Shown one piece after another: positions 11,901 through 21,591 of a stretch of DNA of 64,000 bases. A model generated the notes under the pieces. That model saw nothing but the letters and a program-made list of their open reading frames with translations. It was not told the origin of the DNA and ran no database searches. Position 1 is the first letter of the stretch; every line of letters begins with the position of its first letter. This DNA comes from Hydrolagus colliei. Lineage: Eukaryota. The position numbers and the translations under genes were made by a program. The stretch is taken from assembly GCA_035084275.1 (NCBI GenBank), contig CM068757.1:9734001-9798000 (forward strand). Direction: 5' to 3'.

Positions 11901-14900
11901 CAGTGACATGGTTCAATCCACGTCCCATTGTAATTGTTGTATTACTGAAGAGAAAAGGGGAGTCGAGATCAAATAAGCTGTTTTATTGGCAGATAGAGAA
12001 AGAACAACCAGCAGGAAATAAACCAGTAAACATTCCTGTTAGCCATGTCACAAAGGATGACTCCATCATTCCAGAGATGGCGATGATTGTACAGGGAACA
12101 AATGGGACTTTCAGTGTGAAATGCAGTGTTACAATGAATGCTGATGTATCCAGGGATGATGGCGCTGAGTTCACTGTTGAAGTTCAACATGAGGCTCTGG
12201 AGAATCCTCTCACTGAATCTGTAACATTGCGCGTTAAAGGGGGTAAGTGCTGCCTCTGTCTGTTCTCTTCTCTCTCTCCCTCACACATCAGTGTAGAAAT
12301 ATTCAGGTGAAGGTGATGATTTTACAAACGGGAGTTTGAAATGATCTGTTAATCTCCAGAGTGAGTTTTGCGGCTGTGTGTGAAGAGAGGCCACGTTATT
12401 CAGGGCTCCGCAGTCACGTGGTTAAAATTATTTTGTAAAAATAAATAATCTGGTGATTTCTGACAAATACGTAATGTTAAAATCTAAAATCAAATGTGTA
12501 TATATGCATTCATATGGGTGTCAGCTCAGAGCATGAAGCACTCTAACCTCTCGTCCATAAGGTTGTGGGTTCACATCACATCAGGACCTGAACCTACAGT
12601 CTAGTAGGGACTTGTAATAAGGAAATGAAATGATAATATTTTAAAGAATTTGATTGTCGACAATGGTTTCAATTTCAAATAATAATTCCCTTTATTACCA
12701 TCTAGGATGACACTGCAGTGTGTGCTGGGGGGGCTCTGTAATGCTGGAGTCTGTTATTTCAGATGTTAAACCATAATCTCATCTGGGTGTTCAGCTAAAT
12801 GGCCGGCAACCCCTGATAAGACACACTTCAGCACTAAAAGAGTTGGGAATTTCTCCAGTGTTTTATCCTCCACCTCTTGCTCTATGTGTATGTCTAGCTC
12901 TCTCTCTGTCTCCCTTTCCCCCTTTCTCTCTTCCTTTCTCTTGTAATCAGTCGGGATAAAATGTAGAATTTGAAATTATTTCTTTGTCAAAAGGCCAGTG
13001 TGCACCCTGTCTGGGGGCAGCTCTTGCAGGTTACTGGAGGCTTAGACAGGCTGAGTGCTTATGATGGAGTTTAACATCACTCTACAGCTCCAGCCTGGTG
13101 CTCTCTGCCATGACTTGCAGGCTTTTCACTCGTTTCTGTGGATTCAGTTTCCAATTTGTATCTGACACAGACATGGACTTGAATGTTTTTATGTGGATTT
13201 GTCATTTTGTTTTGTAGTTCCTCCTAAAATTACATTTGCAAATCAAAAGAAAATGAAACATGGTGAGAATGCTGAGCTGCAATGGACAGTGACTGGGTTC
13301 ACTCCTGGGAAGATCTCGATTGTTTCCAGTCTACGGAGGAAAGGAGAGGAAGTAAGACAACTGTTTCACTGGGAAGTTCCAAATAAGGAAGCATTTCAAA
13401 GGAAGAGAATCCCCTGGAATCTTGAGGACAAATCAGAGAGATCCAACAATGTTGCCTCCTTCACTGCAGTGGTGCCTAAATGTGAACACGACACCAAAGA
13501 AGGAACCTTCAGAGTAAATTGCAGAATCAACATGACTCCTGATGAGTCCACGGATGATGGAGCTGAATTAATTGTTCAGGTTCAGCATGAGGAATTTCCT
13601 GATTTTGTCACTGACAGTTTAAAAATAAACCTTGCTGGAGGTAGGTTCTGCCATCAATATTGTGTCCTCTCTGTCCCATATGCTCTGTGGCAGTGTTTAG
13701 AATAAAGTAACAGTTTCCTCCACAATGGTTCAGCAACTGAGATCACCACTCAGTGAAACCCAGAGCCTCTCAGTCCAGAAGGTGGCAGGATATGGCATCT
13801 GAGAAATCTCGTCATAGTGCGTAAGATTATCCAAACCAGAGAGTTCATCTGTGCCATCTGCATGTGGAAATTTCCCTTTTTCCAGAATGGAATGCTCACA
13901 GTAGTAAACAAACTTGGATCAAGAGCTTGACTAACAGGACTACCTCAGGATTGATTTTACTCCGATATTGTCAAGTGCATTATTGTTCAAACAGAGAGTG
14001 AGTTTGCCCCAGTGTCCTGGCCAACTATCCCCGTTATAAAATCTGTCACTTAATTCATCGCTATTTACAAAATGTATGCATCCTGTTTACCTGTTACCAG
14101 AGAACATTAGCTGCACGTTGGCAAGATACAAAGCTTGGAGGTCACAGAGTATGTGCTGGAATACTGCGGGAATTTAAGAAGGGAAATGCGCATAGTTTGC
14201 TATTTCTAGTTAGGACCACACCACCTGTTAAGGCTTTGGTTTGCAGGGTTAAAAAGACCTGAATAGGTGGAATCCCTGCTCTCAGTGACTGGTCTTGCTG
14301 TCCCAGGCCTGCTGATGAGCCAGGCCGACTGGTTTATAATCAGCAATGGCCTGAAGAGCTGGGAAACCACTTGGAACAGTAACTGAGACTGAGTCTCAGG
14401 ATTGATTTGGTTCCGATAATGCATTCTCAAGTGCATTATTGTTCAAACAGAGAAATGAGTTTGTCCCAGTGTCCTGGCCAACAATCCCCGTTATAAAATA
14501 CATTACTTAATTCACTGCTGTTTGTGGGGCACTGCTGTGTACAAGTTGGCTGACACATTTGCCTTCAAGTACAGAGCCAGTGAACTTCACACAAATATTC
14601 TGTGATGCGCTCTGAGACGTCTCAGTGATGTGATAAGGTGTTATATGAGTTGCAAGAATTGTAAGGATTATTAGAATGTTGTAGCCGTCTTATCTCAGAG
14701 GAGATACTGCACACCTCTGTTCCCCCTCCCCCCAGGTGGGCTGAGCTGAGCTGAGGCAGTAGCTGTGCAGCTCTGTTTGGTCTCTGTGGGTGAATTGTCT
14801 GCCCACATTGACAGTCTGGGCTGAGACATGAGAAACCCTGGTAATTAATAGAGAAAATAATCCAAGCTCACCTCCTGATCAGCACCTTGGATACCTCTCA

Positions 14901-16642
14901 CCTTCACAATATCGGACAGGTCAGATCTCTGCAGCTGGGAAGTACACACACCACACACAGGCTGAGTAACATTATTACAGAGTGTAAGTTATTCAGGAAT
15001 CATTTACATTTTGGTTCCACTGGGTGCTGTGTTCATGTGTCCGTCTGGCTCACTTGGCAGTGCTCTTGTCTCTGTGTCAGAAGGTATTGAGTTCAAGCCC
15101 CACATTGACACACTGGCTGTCACTCCAGTGCAGTGCTGCAATGCTTATATTGTGTTTCTGTTTTATAGTTCCTCCTCAAATTATTGGACCCAACCTACCC
15201 AAGACAATTCTGCATGCTGTGAAAGACACAATGACATGGGTAGTTACTGGGTTCACTCCTGGGAAAATGACCATCATTTTCAGCCTGAAGAGGAACGGGC
15301 AGCAACAGCAAATACAACAACTGTTTCACTGGGAAATTCCCAACAAGGAAATATTTCAAGAGTCGATAGGAGGAGCTTTTCCTCTCCAGGACCGATCGGA
15401 TAGAGACAATAAAGATGCGTCCTTCACTGCTTTGGTGCCAAAGTGTGAACCTATTGGCGATGGGACTTTCAGAGTAAATTGCATCATTGATATGATTCCT
15501 GATATTGATACGGATAATGGAGCTGAATTATCTGTTGAGGTTCATCATGATGTTATTGTTGGCTCTTTCACTAATAATGCAATATTACTCATTACTACAG
15601 GTAGGTTCCTCGATCATTGTTCACCAGACTCTCTCTGTCTCTGTACTCTGTGCCAATGTTTAGGACATTGTAATGATTTGTTCCCCCATGGCCCAGCAGC
15701 TGAGGTCATTGCTCAGTACAGGGTTGAGTCGAGTCTCTCAGGCCAGAAGCTCTGAGATTCGAGTGCTGGTCTGGGAGCTGATCTGAGCTGACCTGGGCCA
15801 GTAGCTGTGCTGGTCCGTTTGTATGTCAGCCTGGAGCTTTGGTAGCACTTTTGCCTCTGAATCAGAAGGTTGTGAGTTCAAGCCCCACGTCAGGACTTGG
15901 AATCACATCGTCTAAGCTGACACTCACTCCAACGCAGTGCTGGATGTCTGTGCATTATCGGTGGTGCTGTACTTTAAATGAGATGTTAAACGCACGTTCT
16001 ACCCGCTAGTTCAGGTAGACATTGTAGATCCCATAGCGCTATTCGAAAAGGGAAGTTTCTTCAATCCCACAACTAACATAGGTCACTCATCCCATGGTTG
16101 TTTCTGGGACATTACAGTATGCAAACTGGTTGCTGTGTTCGCCAACAAAATATACAGTTAATCCACTTCACAGTATAACCTGTGTAGCACTTTGAGACAT
16201 AATAAGGTCTATTTCAAATGATAGGATATTAGAGAATATAATCAAAGCTCACGATCACCACAGTGGATATCTCTCACCTCAGATGTATCAGGTCTCAGAT
16301 GAGATCTCTGCAGCTGGGAAGCAACAGCCTTAATGCAGTGTGCACAGTATGCAGAGGATAAGACCATAAGATTTAGGAGCAGCAGTAGGCCATTAGGCCT
16401 CTCGAGCCTGCCACGCCATTCAATAAGATCATGGCTGATGTTCTAATCTAACTCCACCTGCCCACCTTATCCCCATATCCCTTAAAACCTTTATTCATAA
16501 GAAATCTATCAGGATGTAAGTACTCAGAGTACATTTTACAGGATGTTGTAGTTTTTTCTGGGGCAGCTCTATTGCAGGTTAATGTTCGGGTGATTAATAT
16601 ATTGAAATTTCCTTTAGTTTAGATGTGGAAATATTCGCATAG
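2820..16642 (+). CDS. Gene 1: B7/NCR3LG1(B7-H6)-like type I membrane protein, leader-V-C1-TM plus 5 predicted cytoplasmic Cys-less C1-like domains, ~1003 aa
   Basis: Exons 2820-2919, 4418-4759, 7605-8054, 8477-8899, 10539-10946, 11829-12242, 13218-13640, 15169-15600, 16623-16642. All GT-AG; internal lengths are multiples of 3; total 3012 nt with no internal stop. Confidence 0.85.
3205..3650 (+). mobile_element. L2-clade LINE RT fragment (frameshifted)
   Basis: [12 protein letters not shown]...[20 protein letters not shown], then [13 protein letters not shown] and FHMYVDD in a shifted frame. Confidence 0.85.
3690..3960 (-). mobile_element. L2 RT fragment, opposite orientation
   Basis: Minus strand reads [16 protein letters not shown] around 3860-3905. 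Confidence 0.7.
4418..4759 (+). CDS. Gene 1 exon 2, IgV domain
   Basis: VVLQCNVT...VRWF...[22 protein letters not shown]: canonical V-set Cys/Trp/Cys; acceptor tacacag|, donor TCAG|GTAAGC; 342 nt. Confidence 0.92.
5530..5860. repeat. Purine-rich low-complexity tract followed by (CAA)n
   Basis: GA-rich run, then aacaacaac/aataat repeats. Confidence 0.75.
7605..8054 (+). CDS. Gene 1 exon 3, IgC1 domain plus transmembrane helix
   Basis: [10 protein letters not shown]...ISW...FSVSSKL...[13 protein letters not shown], then [31 protein letters not shown]; 450 nt; donor CAAG|GTAAGG. Confidence 0.92.
8477..8899 (+). CDS. Gene 1 exon 4, post-TM C1-like domain 1
   Basis: APPKI...[10 protein letters not shown]...LFVW...TFGVKCPI...[12 protein letters not shown]; 423 nt, AG/GT, open frame. 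Confidence 0.85.
10222..10515 (+). mobile_element. tRNA-derived SINE with Deu-domain-like core, ending just before the exon 5 acceptor
   Basis: Head gagtcctgtagctcagtggttagagcac...ttcaattc; core tttgtggggcactgctgtgcgcaattggctgcc; tail gcgctatataaaacacaaggattatta. Confidence 0.8.
10539..10946 (+). CDS. Gene 1 exon 5, post-TM C1-like domain 2
   Basis: [10 protein letters not shown]...LFHW...TFSVKCSI...[12 protein letters not shown]; 408 nt, AG/GT. Confidence 0.85.
11829..12242 (+). CDS. Gene 1 exon 6, post-TM C1-like domain 3
   Basis: [10 protein letters not shown]...LFYW...TFSVKCSV...[12 protein letters not shown]; 414 nt, AG/GT. Confidence 0.85.
13218..13640 (+). CDS. Gene 1 exon 7, post-TM C1-like domain 4
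   Basis: [10 protein letters not shown]...LFHW...TFRVNCRI...[12 protein letters not shown]; 423 nt, AG/GT. Confidence 0.85.
15169..15600 (+). CDS. Gene 1 exon 8, post-TM C1-like domain 5
   Basis: [10 protein letters not shown]...LFHW...TFRVNCII...[12 protein letters not shown]; 432 nt, AG/GT. Confidence 0.85.
15838..16220 (+). mobile_element. Old SacSINE1/AmnSINE1-like DeuSINE
   Basis: ggtagcacttttgcctctgaatcagaaggttgtgagttcaagcccca head, gctgacact...gagatgttaaac...gatcccat.gcgctatt middle, Deu-like tail. Recognised from memory of the family consensus. Confidence 0.6.
16356..16510 (-). mobile_element. CR1 (HER1/HE1-like) 3' end fragment
   Basis: ccataagatttaggagcagcagtaggccatt...gccattcaataagatcatggctgat is the reverse complement of the shark-type CR1/HE1 3' tail. 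Confidence 0.65.
16623..16642 (+). CDS. Gene 1 terminal coding exon (D)VEIFA*
   Basis: Acceptor tttag|AT homologous to 496/497 and 31441/2; followed by the shared 3' UTR-like sequence; candidate AATAAA at 17447. Confidence 0.6.
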
Positions 16643-18179
16643 TCTGACGTCCGCCATATGGACGGTTCGTGAGGAGTGTGGGATGGCCAGTTGTTACACA
16701 CAAGACACATTCCACTGCATGTTCGCAACATACACAGTCATCATCATCATGGCTTTCGATTCTGACAACCACAACGTGAATATTGATCAACTTTGTCAGT
16801 CGCTGAAGAGCGATCAAAAATGTGTCAGTTTAGCAGAAATATAAAGAATCGCTGTGTAATGGTAATCTGTTAAGAGATAAAGTGCTCTGCATCTGTCTGT
16901 TATCAAAACGCTCACACACTAGATCTGTTTCTCATTAAGGTGCTTCGGTTGAATGTTTCTCAGATTCCTGCCCTGAGTCAGTCAGTAGAAAGTTTCCCAA
17001 ACCATGCTATCCATCAAACCCATGCTATCCATCAAACCCAAATCCTGCAAACCCATAGACTGCGATTGTGAAGTGGGCACAGTGCTGTCCAGGGACATGC
17101 TGCCAGGTTGTCGATGGATCTGGCTTTGTGACTGTGGCTTCCTGAGCGCAAACCCTGTTGCCATGGGGAAAGGTCCCGATTCCAGGCTGAGACCTTCTGA
17201 CCTGTAAGAGAAGGTGTTTCAGCCCCTCTCACTATCCCAGGACAACAAGCCCAATTGGTGCACCCAATTGCTGCCCTGTTTGCAATCAGTGGATTCAGCC
17301 CTCACCAGGAAGTGTGGCCTCCTTGTCTGTGTGTTTCAGGCTGTACTTTCACTCAAAGGCTGTAGGAAAATGAACATTTTTGAAACAGACGATGGGTGCA
17401 ACTGAAATCTGTCAAAATTAAATGCATTTTGTCATTCCAACACTACAATAAATATTTATATTGTTTACAACCTTAATCTGTCTGTGATTTTTTTTCAAGC
17501 ATATTTGTATATTCTGCATATCATTGTTGCTAAAGTTTAAACTACATCTGACGGTCCCACTGAAGACTTTTCTAACTCACTCCTGGTCTTCCTAGCTCCA
17601 TAATTCACGAACTGCAACCCAAACACTCAACACATTAATCACTTACTACCTCACAGTACACTCTGTTATTAAACAGTTGCACAGTCGTCGTTTCCCAGAT
17701 TCATATCAACATATATACTGTATACATATACAGTATATATAAAATACATTTAAAGTAATAAATGCCCATATATGAATAAAAACACAGTCCAATTTATCTG
17801 TACGACATCATTTTATTAGGTCATTCCATGGTATTGAATGGTTTTAGGAATTAAAACAAGCATACATTTTATTTTGTTTCATAGTTTGTCACATGTCGCT
17901 TATAATTGTATGAAAGCTGAAAGGGTTAAGAAAAATTGCTCGCTTTACAGGGCCTGGGAACCCTGCTGGGGTTTATATTCCATGACTGTTTGTGGGACAC
18001 CACTGTGCACAATTTGGCTGCCGCATTTTGCCCACAAATAGTAAATTTTCCTACTCTTCTTCGTCCTGTCCCTAACCCTCCCCTCCCTGCTCTTGTACAA
18101 TGCCTTGGGACGTCCTCATGACATGAAAGACGCTATATAAATGTAAGTTTTGACTGATTGATTGATTGATTGAAAAAGT

Positions 18180-18490
18180 CCCATCAATCAAGACCCTCAA
18201 CTGTCCTTCCTACTCCACATCAGTGCCATGAACCGCTCTGCCTTCTCCCACCTCCTCAACATCGCCAGGCTTTGCCATTTCTTCACTCCTCAGGCCGGTG
18301 AAACCCCTCATTCACATGTACATCTTATCTAGGCTTGACTACGCCAATACCCTGTTTGTCGGCCTTCCGAACTCTTCCCTTCACAAGCTGCCGATCACAC
18401 AGAAACTCTGCAACCTGTGTCCTCTCCCTCACCAGGCTCTGTGACCCTATTGCCCTCATTCTCGCCAGGCTCCACAAAGGCACTATATCA
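18180..18490 (+). mobile_element. Degenerate L2 ORF2 3' fragment
   Basis: tctaggcttgactacgccaatacc (SRLDYAN)...gccaggctccac (ARLH), typical of the L2 C-terminus. Confidence 0.65.
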
Positions 18491-19104
18491 AATACGAGGA
18501 TTACGATTATTATTGGAGGTAAGGAGGTGCCAGGGATTGAAATGATTTAAAAACGATTGTGAGAATCTTGAAAGTGATCAATTCTGGCGTCGCATTTCTG
18601 TGAAGTGCTTTGAGACGTCTAGAATACATGAAAGGTGTTACATCAAATGCAAGGATCATTATTAATTGGCAATAGGGCGCCACACCAGGACTTGTGTGAT
18701 CATGTATGGAGTTTAATACAGGTGAGTACGTGGGTGAGTTTTGGATCAGCTGGATTTTGTGAATAGTGGATCTGGGGAGGAAGGCAAGGAGGGGATTTGA
18801 GTACCAGGATTGCAAAAATTATTCTCATCATCAATAATAACAATTTGGTCGCTCAATCCACGCCTGTTTGTGGGGCACTGCTGTGCACCATAGGCTGCCT
18901 CGGTTGGCCCACAAAAAAAAAGAGCTTTGAGGCATCTGGACGATGTGATGAGGTTCAATATCAAATGCGAGGATTATTATAACAATCACTACAGTGTGAA
19001 GAATATTATTATTATTATAAAAAGCGCTACAATTAATAAACAGTTGACCAGTGAAGCGCTTTCACACACTATATTTCCCTGCTGCTGCTCTTTTCCTTTT
19101 CCCA

Positions 19105-21403
19105 GTTCAACAGGTTTCTGTAGGTGAGCATCTAGGGAATAGTGACCACAATATCGTTAGATTCAGAATAATTATGGAAAGGGATAAGGAACGATCACAG
19201 GTGAGGACACTCAACTGGAAAAGGGCTAATTTCAATGAGTTGAGGTAGGACCTAGCCAAGGTGGATTGGAAAGAAAGATTGGCAGGTAAGACAACTTAAC
19301 GAGCAGTGGGCAGTGTTCAAAGAGGAGATAGTTCAGGCACAGGTCAAAAGCATCCCCACAAAGGTGAAATGTAAGGCATCCAAACCTCCCTGGATGACTA
19401 AGGAAATCGGGGCCAAAATAAACCAAAAAAAAGAGGCTTATGATAAGTGTCAGGCTCAAAATTCAGAAGGGAACCAAGCAGAATATAGGAAGTGTAGGAT
19501 AGAACTAAAAAAGGAAGTTAGAGGGGCAAAGAGACTGCATGAAAAACAATTAGCGAGTAAGATTAAGAGGAACCCTAAGGTTTTTTACCAACATATTAAG
19601 AGTAAAAGGTTGGTCAAGGATAGGGTGGGGCCAATTAGGGACCTAGGAGGAAATCTCATTGTGGAGGCAGAGGGCATGGCTGATGCACTGAATGAGTACT
19701 TCGCCTCTGTCTTCACAAAAGTAAAGGATACAGCCAATGCCATGGTATTGGAGGAGAGGGTAGGAGAAATGGATAGAATAATTATAACCAGAGAGGAAGT
19801 TCTAAAAAGGTTGACGTCGCTCAAGGTGGATAAGTCACCTGGTCCGGATGGGATGCACCCTAGGTTACTAAGGGAGGCACGGGAGCAAATAGCAGGGACT
19901 CTGGCCACGATCTTTCAATCTTCCTTGGACACAGGGGTCGTGCCAGAGGACTGGAGGATAGCTAATGTTACTCCCTTGTATAAAAAGGGGCAGAAGGACA
20001 AGCCTGGTAACTACAGACCAGTCAGTCTAACGTCGGTAGTGGGCAAACTTCTAGAGTCCATAATCAGGGACAAGGTAGATCTTCACTTAGAAAGATATAG
20101 GCTAATAAAGGACAGTCAACATGGATTTGTTAAAGGCAAATCTTGCCTTACAAATCTGATAGAATTTTTTGATGAGGTAACGGAATGGGTGGATAATGGT
20201 AGCGCAGTTGATGTAGTTTACATGGACTTTCAAAAGGCATTTGACAAAGTGCCCATGAGACTTATTAGGAAATTAAAGGCCCATGGCGTAAAAGGGACAG
20301 TGGCAGCGTGGATCCACAACTGGCTGCGAGACAGAAAGCAGAGAGTTGTAGTGAGCGGCTGTTTTTCAGACTGGAGGGAAGTGAGCAGTGATGTGCCACA
20401 GGGATCGGTTTTGGGACCATTGCTGTTTGTAATCTACATCAATGATCTGGACTTGGGTGTACGGAGTACAGTTTCCAAGTTTGCAGATGACACTAAGTTA
20501 GGGAGAATAGTAAATAGTGAGGAGGATAGTAGCCATCTGCAAGAGGATATAGACAAATTGGTAAAGTGGGCAGACACATGGCAGATGAAGTTTAATGCAG
20601 AGAAGTGTGAGGTGATGCATTTTGGGAGAAGAAATGAAGGGAGGCAATATAGGCTAGATAGTACAATTTTAAATGGTGTGAAGGAACAGAGAGACCTGGG
20701 GATTTGTGTTAGTGACTCGTTGAAGGTGGCAGGACAGGTAGACAAGGCTGTTAAGAAGGCATATGGGATACTAGGCTTTATAAATAGGGGTATAGAGTAC
20801 AAAATCAGGAAGTGCTGACTAACCTCTATAAGACTTTGGTGAGGCCTCAGCTGGAATACTGTGTTCAATTCTGGTCACCACATTACAGAAAGGATGTGAA
20901 GACATTGGAAAGGGTACAAAGAAGATTTACTAGGATGGTGCCAGGATTGAGGGACTTCAGCTATGAGGAGAGGCTAGATAGGCTAGGGTTATTCTCTCTG
21001 GAGCAGAGAAGATTAAGGGGAGACCTATTAGAGGTTTATAAGATCATGAGGGGTTTCGACAGGGCAAATAGAGAAAAACTATTTCCACTCGTGGGCGAAT
21101 CTGTGACTCGTGGTCACAGATTTAAAATAGTTTCAAAGCGAAGTGGAGGGGAGCTGAGGAGAATTTTTTTCACTCAGCGAGTTGTTCGAATCTGGAATGC
21201 ATTGCCTGAAAAGGTGGTGGAGGCTGATTCGATAACAACTTTTAAAAGGGAATTAGATCTTTATTTAGGGAGAACAGGTCTATTAGGCTATGGGGAGCGG
21301 GCAGGGCAGTGGGATTGAATCGCTCTTTTCAAAGAGCCGGCATAGACTAGATGGGCCGAATGGCCTCCTTTTGTGCCGTAAAATTCAATGAATCTATCTA
21401 TGA
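19105..21403 (+). mobile_element. CR1-clade LINE, 5'-truncated, near-intact RT region with one frameshift
   Basis: VSVGEHLGNSDHN start; 501 aa ORF with [51 protein letters not shown]; ORF resumes 20812-21318; tail aattcaatgaatctatctatga. 1-bp deletion near 20803 relative to the copy at 53864-54624. Confidence 0.95.
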
Positions 21404-21489
21404 AAAAAAATGACGATAACTCGGGATCTGTGTTCGCAGCTTAAAGCTAATCTGCTGTGAATGCAATAATAGCGTTAAACACCATCCCT

Positions 21490-21498
21490 TTCCGAGAA
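21490..21498 (+). promoter_or_regulatory. GAS (STAT) element of gene 2
   Basis: TTCCGAGAA within TTTCCGAGAAA. Confidence 0.65.
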
Positions 21499-21510
21499 AT
21501 CATACACGAG

Positions 21511-21524
21511 AGTGAAAGTGAAAG
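21511..21524 (+). promoter_or_regulatory. ISRE/IRF-E of gene 2
   Basis: AGTGAAAGTGAAAG ~68 bp upstream of ATG. Confidence 0.8.
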
Positions 21525-21591
21525 CACAGCCCCAGTCAGTGCGGCTGGAAGCTGGAGAGAGAGAGAGAGACACACACACAGAGAGACAGAC

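Noticed and set aside
13945-14530. ~130 bp direct repeat (~13950 and ~14400)
   Set aside because: Resembles the middle of the old DeuSINE family; a local intronic duplication with no evident function.
8477-15600. Post-TM exons as Ig/TCR constant-region genes or pseudogenes
   Set aside because: No J, switch or RSS context seen; they lack canonical cysteines in a concerted way yet all keep open frames and splice sites, which fits neither antigen-receptor C genes nor random decay.
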